64,000 bases of DNA from Eledone cirrhosa (taxonomy: Eukaryota): assembly GCA_964016885.1 (NCBI GenBank), contig OZ024746.1, positions 98,456,001 through 98,520,000 of the forward strand, in the 5' to 3' direction. The position numbers and the translations under genes were made by a program. Below are positions 29,770 to 44,384 of this stretch, in pieces (the stretch's first letter is position 1; each line of letters starts with the position of its first letter). The notes under the pieces are model-generated. The model was given only the letters and a program-made list of their open reading frames with translations. It did no database searches and was not told the origin of the DNA.

Positions 29770-30133
29770 CACGTGCTCTGTTGTAGAGATCAGCTTCCCA
29801 CTTGATGTCAACGTTGTAAGAAAAATACAGAAGAAGAGGGACATCTACAGACCATTGATGAAGAGTTTGCAGATCCAGTATCCAAGATAAACTTTCAGCT
29901 TCATACCCATCATTATTGGAGCTACAGCTTATATACCAGCTCACTTGCTACCAAAGTATGACTGAACTTGGATTTGTGGACAAAGAGTGCAGCTCCCTAA
30001 TTCATAGACTACAAATGGCTGCAATAGCTGACACCTTTAAAATTTGCAAAACATTCTTGCGATTCAAGGGATGACAATTTCTTTTCACCAGGAAGGTGGC
30101 TGATCAAAAATGTACTCGAAATTAAGAGAGAGA
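29770..30133 (+). mobile_element. Second R4/Dong-like 3' fragment flanked on both sides by (TACA)n
   Basis: Homologous to 21330-21676. Confidence 0.75.
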
Positions 30134-32059
30134 CATACATACATACATACATACATACATACATACATACATACATACATACATACATACATACATACAT
30201 ACATACATACATACATAATGACTGCCCCCTCGTTATCGAGTATGGCCAATGCATGATATAACATTATTAATAATTATCAATTAATTCAATCGTGCAACGC
30301 CTGTGCCTGAAGATTTTTTTAAAGTGAGGAATATACATATTTACACAATTTTGGATAGTCGTTGACTCTTATGAGTTCTTCCGCCCTTTGTCAGGTTTTG
30401 GTTTTGTCCTGCAGGATGTCCAAAATCGCCCTCCTCACCAAGTAAACTTGGTGGGGTTGCTGGTTTAGTCGCCAACGATCCGACCATGCGACAGGTTGTA
30501 TTGAGTTATATGTTACCAGTAGCACTCAAGAGTGACCCGACATACATATATACATACTCACTCACTCAATGAATCCTCAACGAATAACAATAGAATAATT
30601 AAATTTTCTAGGGATACAAGTGTGGAAGGGAAAGAAGAATGGGGTGTGATCTTTGTGTGATGGAAGTACAGGAAATCTTGACAGGACAGAACTTACTAAA
30701 TACTAGAAACGATAAGATATCCAACTGTAAACACAAATACCTGAAAACGCTTTCTATTTATATTCTTAGCTAACCCATGATTAGAACCTATTAGAACTTA
30801 TTACTCTACTTCCAATTTTCTCTAATTTTATCTCTTTCAAATAGCCAGTTTTACTACATAGACGAGTGACGCTAATTCCACCACTCCATCTTCATCCTTA
30901 TCTGTAACTCTGTCATGCTAATTCTACTAAAATTAATGAATTTATTGCCCGTTTCTTTTTCACCACATCAGCGACACCCACCACTTAAACGATCCCCTTT
31001 GATTTATAGATTAACTATTTCGCAGCCAATTACACGTCTTATTTATGTCGTACAAACAATTGATGAAAGCCCACAGGCTAATTTGTCGCTTCTTCTCTCC
31101 CTTCTATACTTGTATCCCTAGAAAATTTAATTATTGTATTATTATTCGGTGAGGAATCATTGAGTAACGATGTAATGCTAGTAAGTGAATGGAGTAATTA
31201 GTATCTCTTAACAGCTCTTGTACACCTTACGACACAACTCGATGATGAAACACGTGTTATAATGTGTAATTAAATATTTGTTTCTACTCATACTTTGTCT
31301 GTTTTTACTAACATATAGATTTATACGTACTCCGTTAATTATTGGAACCTGTAAAATTCTCGTGGATTAACATCTGGAATAGTATATCGCAAGACTCAAT
31401 TAAACATGCTGAGAAATATATTCGGTAAGCTGCTTCTTCATTAATAGTTGCATAATCTCTCCACGAGTGAAAACTCCCTTATCTTTATATATATATATAG
31501 GAACGAGTAGGACCCCGACGGTTGAGCTCAGGCCGTTTCGACGGCTAATTCTGGACTAAATGAAAATTTTTATCCTGGTATATGAATAGCCGAGCTTCTC
31601 AGGGGGTAATTCCATATATGGTAAAAGTGATTGTCACAAGGATTGGTCAAAAGTTTGTTGTTGAGACACATAATTCTATCATGGCAATTTGTGGAACGAA
31701 GGGGTAGCTGAACCTGCCAGTAGAAGAAAGAGGGAGAGGGGGTGGAGGAAACCCAGTCGTGCGTTGATAGTGCCAACTACAGAAGGGCAGGGGGTCAAGG
31801 AAGTATACTAGGGAGGGGGAGGGGAGGAGGAGGAAGTCGAAACAATAAATAAAACAATATGGGGTAAATATATAGAAAAATACCGAGAATGTTAAAAAAA
31901 CAAATAAATATTTTAAAAAAACAATTTCTGGTTACTATAACCTAAGGACAGCTATCAAGTCTCTCACTGGTACTGCTAGACTAAAGAAAGGTTTACTAGG
32001 TGGGACGGAATTATAATGAGACCCTTTTAAGAGGTAGTAGTAATCAACCGAGTATATCT

Positions 32060-32370
32060 TACGGTGACGGGTCAACATATTGTTGACCCGTATCAGTGAG
32101 CGGCTCAACATTACCAAACGTAGACCAATTACATCAATTGTCAAGTCAAGAATACTCAAACTACACAGTCATATAAAAAGATCAACTCGTGGTGTGAGTA
32201 GGTTATGCCTGGAAGGAAGGTTGGCTGGTAAGAGAAGCAGAGGCCGGCAGCCAAAACGATGGCTTGATAATGTCAACTTATGGACTGGACTTGATCTTTG
32301 CTCTTTGAACTCTGTTGTTGGTGATCGAACTTTGTGGAGAGAGATATCACATATTGATATCGGTCTGACG
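32060..32370 (+). mobile_element. RTE-type LINE 3' fragment
   Basis: LEGRLAGKRSRGRQPKRWLDNV...DR..WR. Confidence 0.7.
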
Positions 32371-33902
32371 TAACGCCTCAAAAAACCCCTAAACATCTTT
32401 AAAAACGCAGTTTTTCACCTAATGCGGGCCCTAGGAGATCAAAAAGTTGAATTGTATATGCATAACACTCCGTGAAACATCAGTAATACACATGTAAAGT
32501 TTGAAAAAAGTCGGTTGGGTACTTCTCGCGTTTTAGGGATTCAAACTCACACACACACACACACACACACACACCCTCAGGGAAGTGATGTAATGCAGAC
32601 AGCAGACATACAGACAGATACAGATAGATATTATAAGGGCGCTAAAAAGAGAAAGACTAAGAATTATAGAACGAGATCGCTAAATCGCCTAATGTGGTCC
32701 CTAGGGCATTGCAAATTTGAAATTTGCTTTGCTCAGAACACTCCCTGAAACATAAGTATTACATGTGTAAAGTTTGAAAACAGCCGGTTGGATGGTTCTC
32801 GAGTTTTAGGGATTCGAACTCACACACACACAGACAGACATCCTCAGTTTTATATATATATATATATAGATGTAAGGATGAAAGGCAAAGCTAATCTCGG
32901 CGGCATTTGAATTCAGACCGTAAAGGGCCATAACTCTGTGCTGCAAAGCATGGTGTCTGACCCTCTACTGATACTGCCAATATGAGAGATGGTGAAAGCG
33001 AGAGAGACGATGGCAGTGATAGATTTGAACTCATAGCGTAAATGGCCGTAACTCTATGCTGCAAAAATACGTATCACAAAATAAATCTTCTTACATAAAA
33101 TTGTGATGGAAAGTTTTTAGATGAATACAAACAATTTAATATAAATTTGTTAGAAATAGAAGTTTTCGTTGTATTTTTGACTAAAGAAATTTTAGCCTGA
33201 TATTGGGGTTTAAAACCCTCTAAAAATGGAAAAGGGTGAGTATTAACCCTCTAAAAATAGGAAAGTACGTCAATATTCATCCCTTTCCATTTTTAAAGGG
33301 TTTTAAACCCCACAATGTGGCTAAAATTTCTTTAATCAAAAATACGGTGAAAGCTTCTATTTCTAACAAATTTCAAACTTCGCTCGTTGTTTCAACACAA
33401 ACTTATTTTAATATAAATAGTTTTGCATCATAGAACGAGGGGCAGTTCTAGGCAGTTTAGTACTAAGATGGTTACACCTTCTCAATGGTTAGAGCAAATA
33501 TAAAAGAAATTCTAAACTAAAGACATGTCAGGGAAATATATTCTCTTTTTTTTCTTTAGCCTTTGGTAAATATCTCATTTTCTTTTAATTATTTCATCGT
33601 TGAAATTCGCTGTAAAACAACGAAGAAAGTAATTACTAGATGCAAGTAGATAATGCCTCCATTTAAATGAATATTCTAGAGAACGATGAATGTTTTTCAC
33701 ACGAAAATACTACATATATGTGTGTGTGTGTATGTGTGTGTGCGCGCGCATATATATATGTGTGTGTGTGCGCGCATATATATATATATATATGTATGTA
33801 GGGTGTATGTGTATATATATATATATATACATATATACATATATATACATATATATATATGTGTGTGTGTATATATATATATATGCATGTTGGTATTTAT
33901 CG

Positions 33903-33979
<77 letters not shown>

Positions 33980-34387
33980 GTAAGTATTATATATGTGTGT
34001 GTGTCAGAACTGTGTTTAATGAATTGACTCTTCTATGAGAGAAACACGTATCCTAATTTTACACCTTATATAACAAACAAAACACAAAGTCTAGCTTAAG
34101 GTTAGAAACGTAATTTAAATGTAATGGACAATTTCGAAAAGCTGAACGAAAAATTTGCTACACTGAATAGAATAAAAAAGACCTTATTAAAGGAGTAAAA
34201 AAAAATGAAATTATTTCGCTCATTACACATGGTTTTCTCGGTGGAAAAAACAAAAACGGAAGTGTAAATATATTAATGTTGTTCGGTAACTATATTAGAG
34301 ATATGTATTTGATAGGGAGTAATTTGTTTTGTACAAACAAATTACGCTGCATACAAAATTATATATTATATGTGATATATATATATG

Positions 34388-34444
<57 letters not shown>

Positions 34445-34479
34445 TATATCATATTTATATCATATAATCTATCTATATG

Positions 34480-34516
<37 letters not shown>

Positions 34517-34597
34517 CCTATTACCCACTCTACTACCCTAAGTATTGAGTACTTTAGTGCGTTATGGTCCACCTGGTTCTTTACCACATTTCCTTCG

Positions 34598-34635
<38 letters not shown>

Positions 34636-34741
34636 GTGTATATGTACATATATATATCATATATATATAGTATATATGTATATATATCATATACATATAA
34701 GTCATGTATATATATTATATATGTATATATATCATATATAT

Positions 34742-34822
<81 letters not shown>

Positions 34823-34899
34823 TCTTTTACTCACATATACACACACATTTCTTCTTAGCTTCGTACGGACCTATAATAACACACACACACACACACACT

Positions 34900-34938
<39 letters not shown>

Positions 34939-34948
34939 ACACACACAC

Positions 34949-34997
<49 letters not shown>

Positions 34998-35723
34998 CAT
35001 GCTTATGCACGTGCTCAAGTATAGCTCTTTTTACAAAACAGTTTTTTATCCATTTCTGGTAGACGCCTGCCATCATCCACTTTTCTAAAAAAACAAATCA
35101 TACACAAAACGCCAGCACCAACAGTTTTGCAGCAGATGTCAACATGAATGGACCTGTTATTTTTATCTAAAGACATTTTTTCCAATTCCATCCCGCCCCT
35201 CCCCTCAATCTATTTTATTTCTCATTCTTTCTTCTGGTGAAGGACTAGCGTCCGAAACGTTAAGACCCTCTTCCTGCTATATCAAGCGTTAGCCTAATAT
35301 ATTCCTTCCATATACTGTACCGATTGTGTTGTTATTTCTGTTTACTTTTTACATATATATATTATATATATATATCATATATATATATAAAGACTACCTT
35401 GATTAAATCTTAACCATTTAACATCTCAGGGTATGTCATGTATCATTTTATTTTATCTGAGGAGGACGTACTGTTGTACCTCTGAAATATGTATAATAAA
35501 ATTTAATTGATCACAAGAACATCTATTTTATTAATATTTGTATTTTAATATATATATCATATATATATATATGTGTGTGTGTGTGTGTATGTGTGTGTGT
35601 GTAGACATATATTTTTATATATATATCGGGGTCATACTTTTTCCTATTACCCACTCTACTACCCTAAGTATTGAGTACTCTGGTGCGTTGTGGTCCATCT
35701 GGTTCCTTACCACAATTCCTTCG

Positions 35724-35795
<72 letters not shown>

Positions 35796-36217
35796 TATAT
35801 ACATATATATATCATCTCTCTATATATAAAACGGTAGATGTCTGTGTGTGTGTATGATTTTTATGCATTTCCACATTTCTCTACCGATTTTGATTATTTT
35901 TTTTCCAATGTGCTCCAAATTTACCAGGGCAGGTCAACGCGTAATTACTTTTGCCAAATATTTCCTGTTTCTATGAAAAGAAATCGATAAAACTAAATAC
36001 TTGCTGTAACCCTCTCTCTTACACGCTTCATTCCTCTCACTACCCTCAATCTCCTCCGCAACTCTCTTTAAAAGGTTACTACCTCCGTCTCCATTACAGT
36101 TTAGGTACACACTTACATTTTACATCAAATAACAAATATTCTAACAAATTAAATATCCCTTTGCTTATATATATTATATATATATATCATATATATATCA
36201 TATATATATCATCTATG

Positions 36218-36301
<84 letters not shown>

Positions 36302-36719
36302 CAGTAGAAGGCGTGTGCGCGTTTATATGGGGGTAGTGATATTAACTGTATGATTCACTTCTGCGTTACCAACGCTTTCAAGATGAAAAGACGTCTAAAA
36401 GATTAGATGTAATGGAGAGTATGTGAAATAGAATGGAGAATAGAATTGATTCACGTAACGTAATGATGTGTGGTAAGTCGGCGATGGCAGATTTATGGAC
36501 GCCATAATTGCGTCATTGAGCCAGCTAGCTCCACTTTGTGTATCAGCTGTATCTGCTGAGCTGATTGATGCATTTTGTGACTTTTTGGTAGGCTTGATGA
36601 TGGTGTTTTCATAGTGTGCACACTGATTTGAGGGTGGAAACTGCCTACCCCATACATATACGTGGAATTAAGTTGGACTGTGGGATGCTCAAAGCCAGTG
36701 GTTTGGAATTGGTTAACAG

Positions 36720-37150
36720 GGCACTTCTTCAATGGTAGCCCAATTTCGATCGATGTAGTTGTTGATGGATATCGCAGATTGCTGCAATATATCAACCTCT
36801 CTCGAGAGGCACAGTTGACAGTTGCAGCCTCCGGGGCAGTACGTGAGTGCTCTGTCCAAATTGCTCCATTTAATGCTGGGGATGTAGAGTCTTTGTAAAC
36901 AGGAAACTACGTATTAAACAGGACAAGGAGCTACAGTTCTCACTGTTCCTCATTCTAAATATACAATTCTCCTTATTAATGTGTGCTAGATAAATCTACC
37001 CTTGAAGTCATTGAGTGATAGGCCCGTGTATTTCCGCTGAAAGCGGTCTGGTGGTGTGAAAGCGGTTCTGCAGTCCACGGCCATAAAGAGGCAAGATCCA
37101 CATAGAGGGCAATTGGTAATGTTTCAGCAATTGCAGTTTGATGCGTTAGA
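36720..37150 (-). mobile_element. Degenerate Penelope-like GIY-YIG remnant
   Basis: Minus strand reads NCNC*...CPLCGSCL...KYTGLSLNDFKGRF and then IKWSNLDRALTYCPGGCNCQLCL. Confidence 0.7.
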
Positions 37151-37728
37151 GCCTGTGTCGTGCTATTTGATATTATAATGTGCGATATTTGAAGCGGTAT
37201 CTAAACAAGTTTATCTAAATTTACCATTGTTAAAATTAAAGATTATGTAGTACTTATGATCATATAGAAAGAGTCTTCTGATTAGGGACAGGAATTTCTT
37301 AGATATATTCATCGATACCTCTAGATTAAATAAAGGATTAAATAAAGTTCTTTTCCTCCGTTTATCTACCATAGGAATGGTTGGAGTACCCCCGCCCGTA
37401 TACTATATTATCTGAAAAACCACCTCTAGCTAATACCTGGTTGTAATAGGGTGCACTTTACCGATATCTCTGTCGGACGAAAACCTGAAGATTATTCTAT
37501 ATACACACACACACGGAGTCTGTTCGCTTTTTACGCGAACTTGAAATACGCGAATTCACTTTAACATGTCTTAAGAGAATATTATTAAATATTCACTTTC
37601 CGCCAATAACGCGTGTGGATTTTAATTTCTTTTTTATTTATCAGAAATACGCGACTTGAGTTACGCGAATAAGCTTTACGTACCGTGTTCACGAACGCAC
37701 CTTCAGGTAAAAGCGAACACACTGTATA

Positions 37729-37771
<43 letters not shown>

Positions 37772-37883
37772 CGAACGAAGGAAGGATGTGTGGGTAAGGA
37801 ACCATGTGGGCCATAACGCACCAGAGTACTCAATACTTCGGGTAGTAGAGTGGGTAATAGGAAAATAATATATATATACATCA

Positions 37884-38490
37884 TTTCCCTGAGGCTCGGC
37901 CTCCGGATCTGCCAGCCACACCAATGTCGCTGCGGTTCCACCGTGGACTCTTTCGGCCTCCACCCGCTTTCCTGTCGCCACAGTGCCGGCCGCATTCCAC
38001 GACATGCTGCCCTCAACGAGGTCATTAAGCATGACTTGGACGTTGCAGGCTTCCTTTCCCAGCTCGATCCGGTGGGGCTGGATGGAGGGGACGGCAAAAG
38101 GCCAGATGGCATGACCATCTTCCCGTTCCGCGGTGGCAAACCCCTCGTCTGGGACCGACACTTTCTGCAGCCGTAACCTGGTGCAGTCTGCGACTGACCC
38201 AGGTTCTGCTGCACGTCGAGCTGAGGGGCCAAACTCCTCAAATACCAATCGCTCTCCGACAGGTTTGCGGTCGTACCCCTGGCAGTGGAGACTTCTGGTG
38301 TCCTCGGCCCCAGGGCTACCTTCTTACTCACTACCATAGGCGCTGAGCTGGCCAGCCGCAGGTGTCAGCCCCGCCAGTTGGAGTGGCTTTTCCAGCGCGT
38401 CTCCCTTGCCGTCCTCCGGAGAAACGCCTTCTCCATTCTGTCCGCCGGGGCTGTGGGTGGGCCCCATCGCGTACCGTTGTAGTTGTTGTA
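37884..38490 (+). mobile_element. Second CRE-clade copy (frameshifted); smaller fragments at 3625-3740 (+), 16320-16400 (+), 45080-45302 (-), 56970-57100 (-)
   Basis: Near-identical to 555-1135, with GKPLVWD motif and a short (GTT/GTA) tail. Confidence 0.85.
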
Positions 38491-39116
38491 GAGGAAACAA
38501 GAAGACAACTGGAAAGTATGATTTTCTACTTTATCATTTACTTCTCCACCGAAGGAGATATTGTTAATTTACATATATCTATATTATTCCCTAGATTTCA
38601 TAAATTTTCATCATATACATAAACATGAAATGATATATTTATATACACACGTGTATCTCTGTAAGGAAAGAGTCTCGGTCGTTGAGCATGTGTACGTGTA
38701 TATAGAAAGGTGGAGAATGACAGAGTGAGTGAGACAGTGAGAGATAGGGAGAGAAGGAGAGAGGGGGGAGAACGAGAGAACGAGAGAGAGAGGGGGGGAG
38801 AGAGAACGAGAGAGAGAAAGAAAGAGAGAGAGACAAGGGTAGAGAAAGAGAAAGAGAGAGAGAGAGGTACAGAACGAGAGAGAGAGAACGAGAGGGAGAG
38901 AGGGGGAGAACGAGAGAGGGAGAGAACGATATATATATATATATATATATATCTAAGGCGGGTAAAATTCCCGAGACCCATGGACGAGTTCTCTCCAGCG
39001 CTCTCTGTCCCTCATTATCGCTGCCATGTCCTGCGTCTCCAACAGACCAGTGTCTGACCTTAGGGCATCAACATACGTCAACCTTGGTCTTCCTCTTCTA
39101 GTGTGTCCATCACTAC

Positions 39117-39378
<262 letters not shown>

Positions 39379-39905
39379 TATATATACATATATATATATA
39401 TAGTGGTAGTGCCGGCAACTATATTTGATGTAGTGAGCCGAAGCTAATTTTTATTATAAACCGTAACGAGAAGGAAATTCATTAGCGTTATTGAAAAATT
39501 ACTTCTCACAAGAGGCAAGTATGTATGTGTGCACACATACATACTTACACACATACACATACACACACACATACACACATACACACACAGATACACACAC
39601 ATATATAAATATATATATGTGCATGTGTATGTGCATGTGTGTTTGTGTATGTGCTTTTGTGTGTGTATGAACATGTGTGTATGTGTGTCTATCTGTTAGT
39701 TGTGTTACTACTCCTAAGAAAGTTGACTGTAGTCTTATAAAAGTTAATTTCTCAGAAGACCTGCTTCTTAGTTTTCAATTTATATACATTGAAGCAAGTA
39801 AAGTGGATATTCTTGACTGCCTGAGGAGGAAATATAGTGTATTACTAACTAACAAAACTTTGAAACTTTCTCAAGCACAAAGCCGAGATAATATGCTTTT
39901 AACAT

Positions 39906-40265
39906 AGATACAAGCAGTGCAGTATTTACCAGATACAAGCAGTGTAGTATTTACCAGATACAAGCAGTGCAGTATTTACCAGATACAAGCAGTGCAGTAT
40001 TTACCAGATACAAGCAGTGTAGTATTTACCAGATACAAGCAGTGCAGTATTTACCAGATACAAGCAGTGCAGTATTTACCAGATACAAGCAGTGCAGTAT
40101 TTACCAGATACAAGCAGTGCAGTATTTACCAGATACAAGCAGTGCAGGATTTACCAGATACAAACAGTGCAGTATTTACCAGATACAAGCAGTGCAGTAT
40201 TTACCAGATACAAGCAGTGCAGTATTTACCAGATACAAGCAGTGCAGGATTTACCAGATACAAAC
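39906..40265. repeat. 25-bp minisatellite, ~14 copies (AGATACAAGCAGTGCAGTATTTACC)
   Basis: Direct tandem repeats with few variants. Confidence 0.95.
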
Positions 40266-40479
40266 AGATGCAAACAGATACAAACACATACAAATTGTGC
40301 TTTCCGTTGGCCAGGAAAGGGATCATCTTCCCGCCAAAATGTTTTGAGGGTCCCTAGTAAAGGACCTCTTTTACTGCCTGAGGAAAGATAGTGTATTACT
40401 TGTAACTAACAAAAGTTTGAAACTTTCCCAAGCTCAGTGCCTGAGCCCAGAAAATATGTTTTTAACATAGATACAAGCA

Positions 40480-40690
40480 AGGGTGGTGGATTGGCAGTAT
40501 CGGTAGAGCGTCGGACACCATGCTTCGCAGCATAGAGTTACGGCGGTCTGAGTTCAAATCCCACCGAGGTTAGCTTTGCCTTTCATCCTTACGGGGTAGA
40601 TAAATAAAGCACCAGTAATGCACTGGGTCGATTTAATCGACTTTCCCGTCCGATTCAAATTGCTGGCCTTGTGCCTATAGTAGAAACAAC
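40480..40690 (+). mobile_element. SINE family A with 16-bp target-site duplication (other + copies: 24920-25110, 25992-26182, 51496-51685, 60138-60322)
   Basis: TSD aacatagatacaagca at 40464-40479 and 40688-40703. Confidence 0.9.
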
Positions 40691-40701
40691 ATAGATACAA
40701 G

Positions 40702-40815
40702 CAGTGTCGGATTTACCCTTGTGCCTAGGTGTACTTAAGCACCGTTGGCCGGGGGGAGGGCACATCTTCCTGCCCCAAAAAATTGAAGGCCTCATTTGTC
40801 CAAAATCTGACCCTG
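40702..40815. mobile_element. Small hAT-like MITE (relatives at 20390-20685, 40960, 42733)
   Basis: CAGTGTCGGATT / AATCTGACCCTG TIRs; 8-bp TSD gatacaag. Confidence 0.75.
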
Positions 40816-41099
40816 GATACAAGGCCAGTAATTTGAGGTGGAAGGAGGCAGGGACTCGATGAAATCAACCCCCGGTACTTCGTTAGTACTTTCTTTTATC
40901 GACACCGAAAAGATGAAAGGCAAAGTTGATGTCGACGAGATTTAAATATATTCTGTAAACAGGGTTGGATTTAGGCTGTGGGGCGAGGGGTTCAAGTTTG
41001 GGTGACCCCTCATACACAAAGAAATTAGAATACACAGTTTTTCAAATAGAACATAATTAGTTACGTTACATTCGTTTGATTAAGAAAGTCATGTCGGGA

Positions 41100-41182
41100 T
41101 TATTACAATATGATTTTTAAATTTAGATTATTACAATATGATTTTTAAATTTAGATTATTACAATATGATTTTTAAATTTAA
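41100..41182. repeat. 28-bp tandem repeat x3
   Basis: attattacaatatgatttttaaatttag. Confidence 0.85.
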
Positions 41183-41363
41183 ATTTTAATATTCAATATT
41201 TGATAAGATGAATTACATCAAAACTGTTAATGTTTTATATATTTTATAAAACCTTCTTTTAAAAAAAAATGTTTTCTCCTTTTTTCAAAAATAATTTCTT
41301 TGTTGGATTAAAGAAGAAAAAAGATTCTTTAGATATACTTCTGTGCTGTTTCCATTCTTAGTT

Positions 41364-41485
<122 letters not shown>

Positions 41486-42267
41486 TATCATAGATTGCGT
41501 TAGAAACTCAAAATAGTCTTTTACAATTAAATAGCCCAAAGAAGGGAATCTTTCCGAGCCGTGTAATACAATTAAATATATGAGAGGGATGAACACCGAT
41601 ACAAGTCTACATGTGGTCCAATTGCAAATGACCAAGTTAGCTAGGTTGAAAAAATACTAATTTAAAACAATATGGTTTGCCTGTCTCGATTTAAAGTAAT
41701 AAATCAATAAAAATAACAAACCTATATCGGGAAACTGCCTTTGATACTCGGACAGATCTAAATTTGTTTCACAAGAATTATTAAGTGAAAGCCAGAATTC
41801 TTGTGCTCTATCCAGGAAATTTGTACCTATTATTATAACTCATAATATAGCTAAATAAATTTTAAATTCTAGAATCATATTTCATCATGCCTGAAAATTG
41901 TTAATTCCTTTTAAATTAACGTAAATACAAGCTCTTCTTTCTTTTTTCTTCCTACTCATACATAAATATATCCTAATTATTTAAATTCTACATAGCGTCT
42001 AAAAATAACGTGTTTCTGCCCTATACCTCAACCTCATTTGCATACTCATCTTAATAATTTGAAATATATGACTTTTCTTCTCTTTTCCCTTCACTATCCG
42101 AGAAAAACTTGAACTGATAAGGTATCTTTTCTTGGTTATGTCAAAATTTATAAAACAAACTTTGTATTTTATCTGATGAAAACGTACCAAAGTTTTGGTA
42201 CCCTTGAAATATATATAATAGAATAAATATGGTTTTACAAATATAGTTTCCATTTATTTAATATCAT

Positions 42268-42356
<89 letters not shown>

Positions 42357-43414
42357 AAATAGATAAAATAAATGATAGGTACAGAGATTAGTGTGGTAAA
42401 CATGTGTAGAGTCTTCCACTCCTCCCCACCACCTACCCCTTCCACTTATTTTCGTTATTGAATTTCTTTCCTTCTCTGCGCTTTTGTTTTTGTTGTTTTT
42501 TTATTGCAAATATTATACAACTTAATTTACATATATTTGATGAATAAAACTTTTCTAATTTTGAAAAATCTACGAAAAAAAAAAACATGTTTTAAGCGGG
42601 GTTACTCTTGCTTTTATTTCTTATGGATTACTTCCCTTGAAACATTTAAGATCTGTGGAGCATATGACGATAATCCTTATGAGATATCGTTTAAGAAGTT
42701 CGTTCTTCAAGCACACTATTCTAGGTTCGATCCAGGATAGGATTTAAACATTGGGGCTGCCAGGGCACTTAAGGTTTTTTGGGTGGGAGCTCCTCATGCA
42801 CAAAACAAATTAGAATACACAGCAAACCCCCTCAATTTTACATCAAAGTTAGCTTGGTACAAGTAATTGGAATTGAAAAGTTATACATACAGGTGTTAAA
42901 TTAAACAATTCTAACCATCCTAAAACTAAAAGTAACAAAATATAATATGGAGATAACAAAGGTATCATTTCCATCATCTTATCATCTGTTTAAGGTAACT
43001 GATTGAGTCCAATGGTTGATATTTTACACGACAACTCACGTTTGGTCATTCTTATTCCTCTGTTTTATCTGGAGAGACAGAGGCGATCCTCAACACAAAC
43101 GATTCTAATTAAAATAAATGTAAACTTATTGTTATATTTGGAGAGGGTCTTGTCCTAATATTGCCAAAAATAAATTATTATCTGCTAAATGTCAAGTTTT
43201 CTCATATTGAATCAGAACGCTGTTTTTATGTCTTCCATTCATATAACTGGTATTTATTATTGAAACACAGCCAAACCTTGCTGGCAGAGAGATGGGATGT
43301 AAAATGATGATAATGATGATGATGAGGTAGAATTATGGCTATAAAATAGTTAAAGCTGGCACCAAAGGAACATGTAGGCAAGCAATTTACTACAATACTA
43401 TTACCCATGAACAT

Positions 43415-43887
43415 ACAGTAGTCCTCCGGTATTTGCGGAGGTTACGTTCCTAGAGCACCCGCGAAAAAAAAAAAAATGAAAAACCGCGAATATCGCACGT
43501 GGTCCATAAAAATGCCTATAAACGTGAAAATATAACGTAAAATATATTAAAAATGAGGGAGCGTCTTATGAGAAGGGGCATCCAATATGCCGGCAAATAC
43601 AGTATATTGTTATTAATAATTTAGCGTTAAAAATATATATTGTCACGAAATAAGCCATTAAAAAATCGCGGAAGATATTTACGATTCCGCGAATATGCGG
43701 TGGTTTCCACGAACAGTTATTAGTTACCGTATTTCCCGACACCGAAGGAGCTTCGTCCTCGAGAACACATGGTAGATTTTTGAGATTTATTTTAGGAAAA
43801 AAGTAACGGCTTCGACGCCGGGAAATACGGTAGATTCTAAGGAAAAACCCGTGAATAACCGGGACCGCGAATGCCGGGGTGCACTGT
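43415..43887. mobile_element. pogo/Tigger-like MITE with a nested MITE at 43727-43830 (relatives at 8488-8830 and 37510-37725)
   Basis: TA-CAGT...ACTG-TA ends; the nested CCGTATTTCCCG/CGGGAAATACGG element sits at a duplicated TA and is absent from the 8488-8830 copy. Confidence 0.8.
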
Positions 43888-43892
43888 ATTTA

Positions 43893-44381
43893 TCTATATA
43901 TCTAAAACAGAGAATGTCTGTCTGTCCGATCACTAAAACTCGAGAACCACCCAACCGATTGTTTTCAAACTTTACACATGTAATACTTATGGTCCTGTGA
44001 GTGTTTTGAGCAAATAATATTTCAAATTTTCAATGCCCTAGGGACCTCATTAGGCGATTTAGCGATCTCTCTCTCTATAATTCTTAGTCTTTCTCCTTTT
44101 AGATAGATACAGAGATATAACGTTGCATCCTTATAGTATCTGTCTGTATGTCTGATTGTCTGCATTACGACATTATGACGTAGCTGTGTGTGTGTGAATA
44201 TATGTATATATAGTGTGTGTATATATATATAATTATATTTTCGTGTACAGATATTTTTGCATACACAATAACAAAATATAAACAAACGTATTTATTTCAC
44301 GAGACTCGATAAGGATAAATATATATCAAATATATAAGAACCCTAGAGCAAATCCCGAGCAACGCCGGGCCATTCTGCTAG
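43893..44381 (+). mobile_element. Non-autonomous Helitron (partial relatives at 32372-32870 (-) and 35813-35970)
   Basis: TC start; CCCGAGCAACGCCGGG hairpin plus CTAG end. Confidence 0.8.
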
Positions 44382-44384
44382 TAT

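Noticed and set aside
36493-36898. 100-aa and 78-aa ORFs as host exons
   Set aside because: They overlap a decayed Penelope GIY-YIG relic in other frames, with no supporting splice pattern.
39906-40265. CRISPR-like array
   Set aside because: The repeats are head-to-tail with no unique spacers, there are no cas genes, and the context is eukaryotic.
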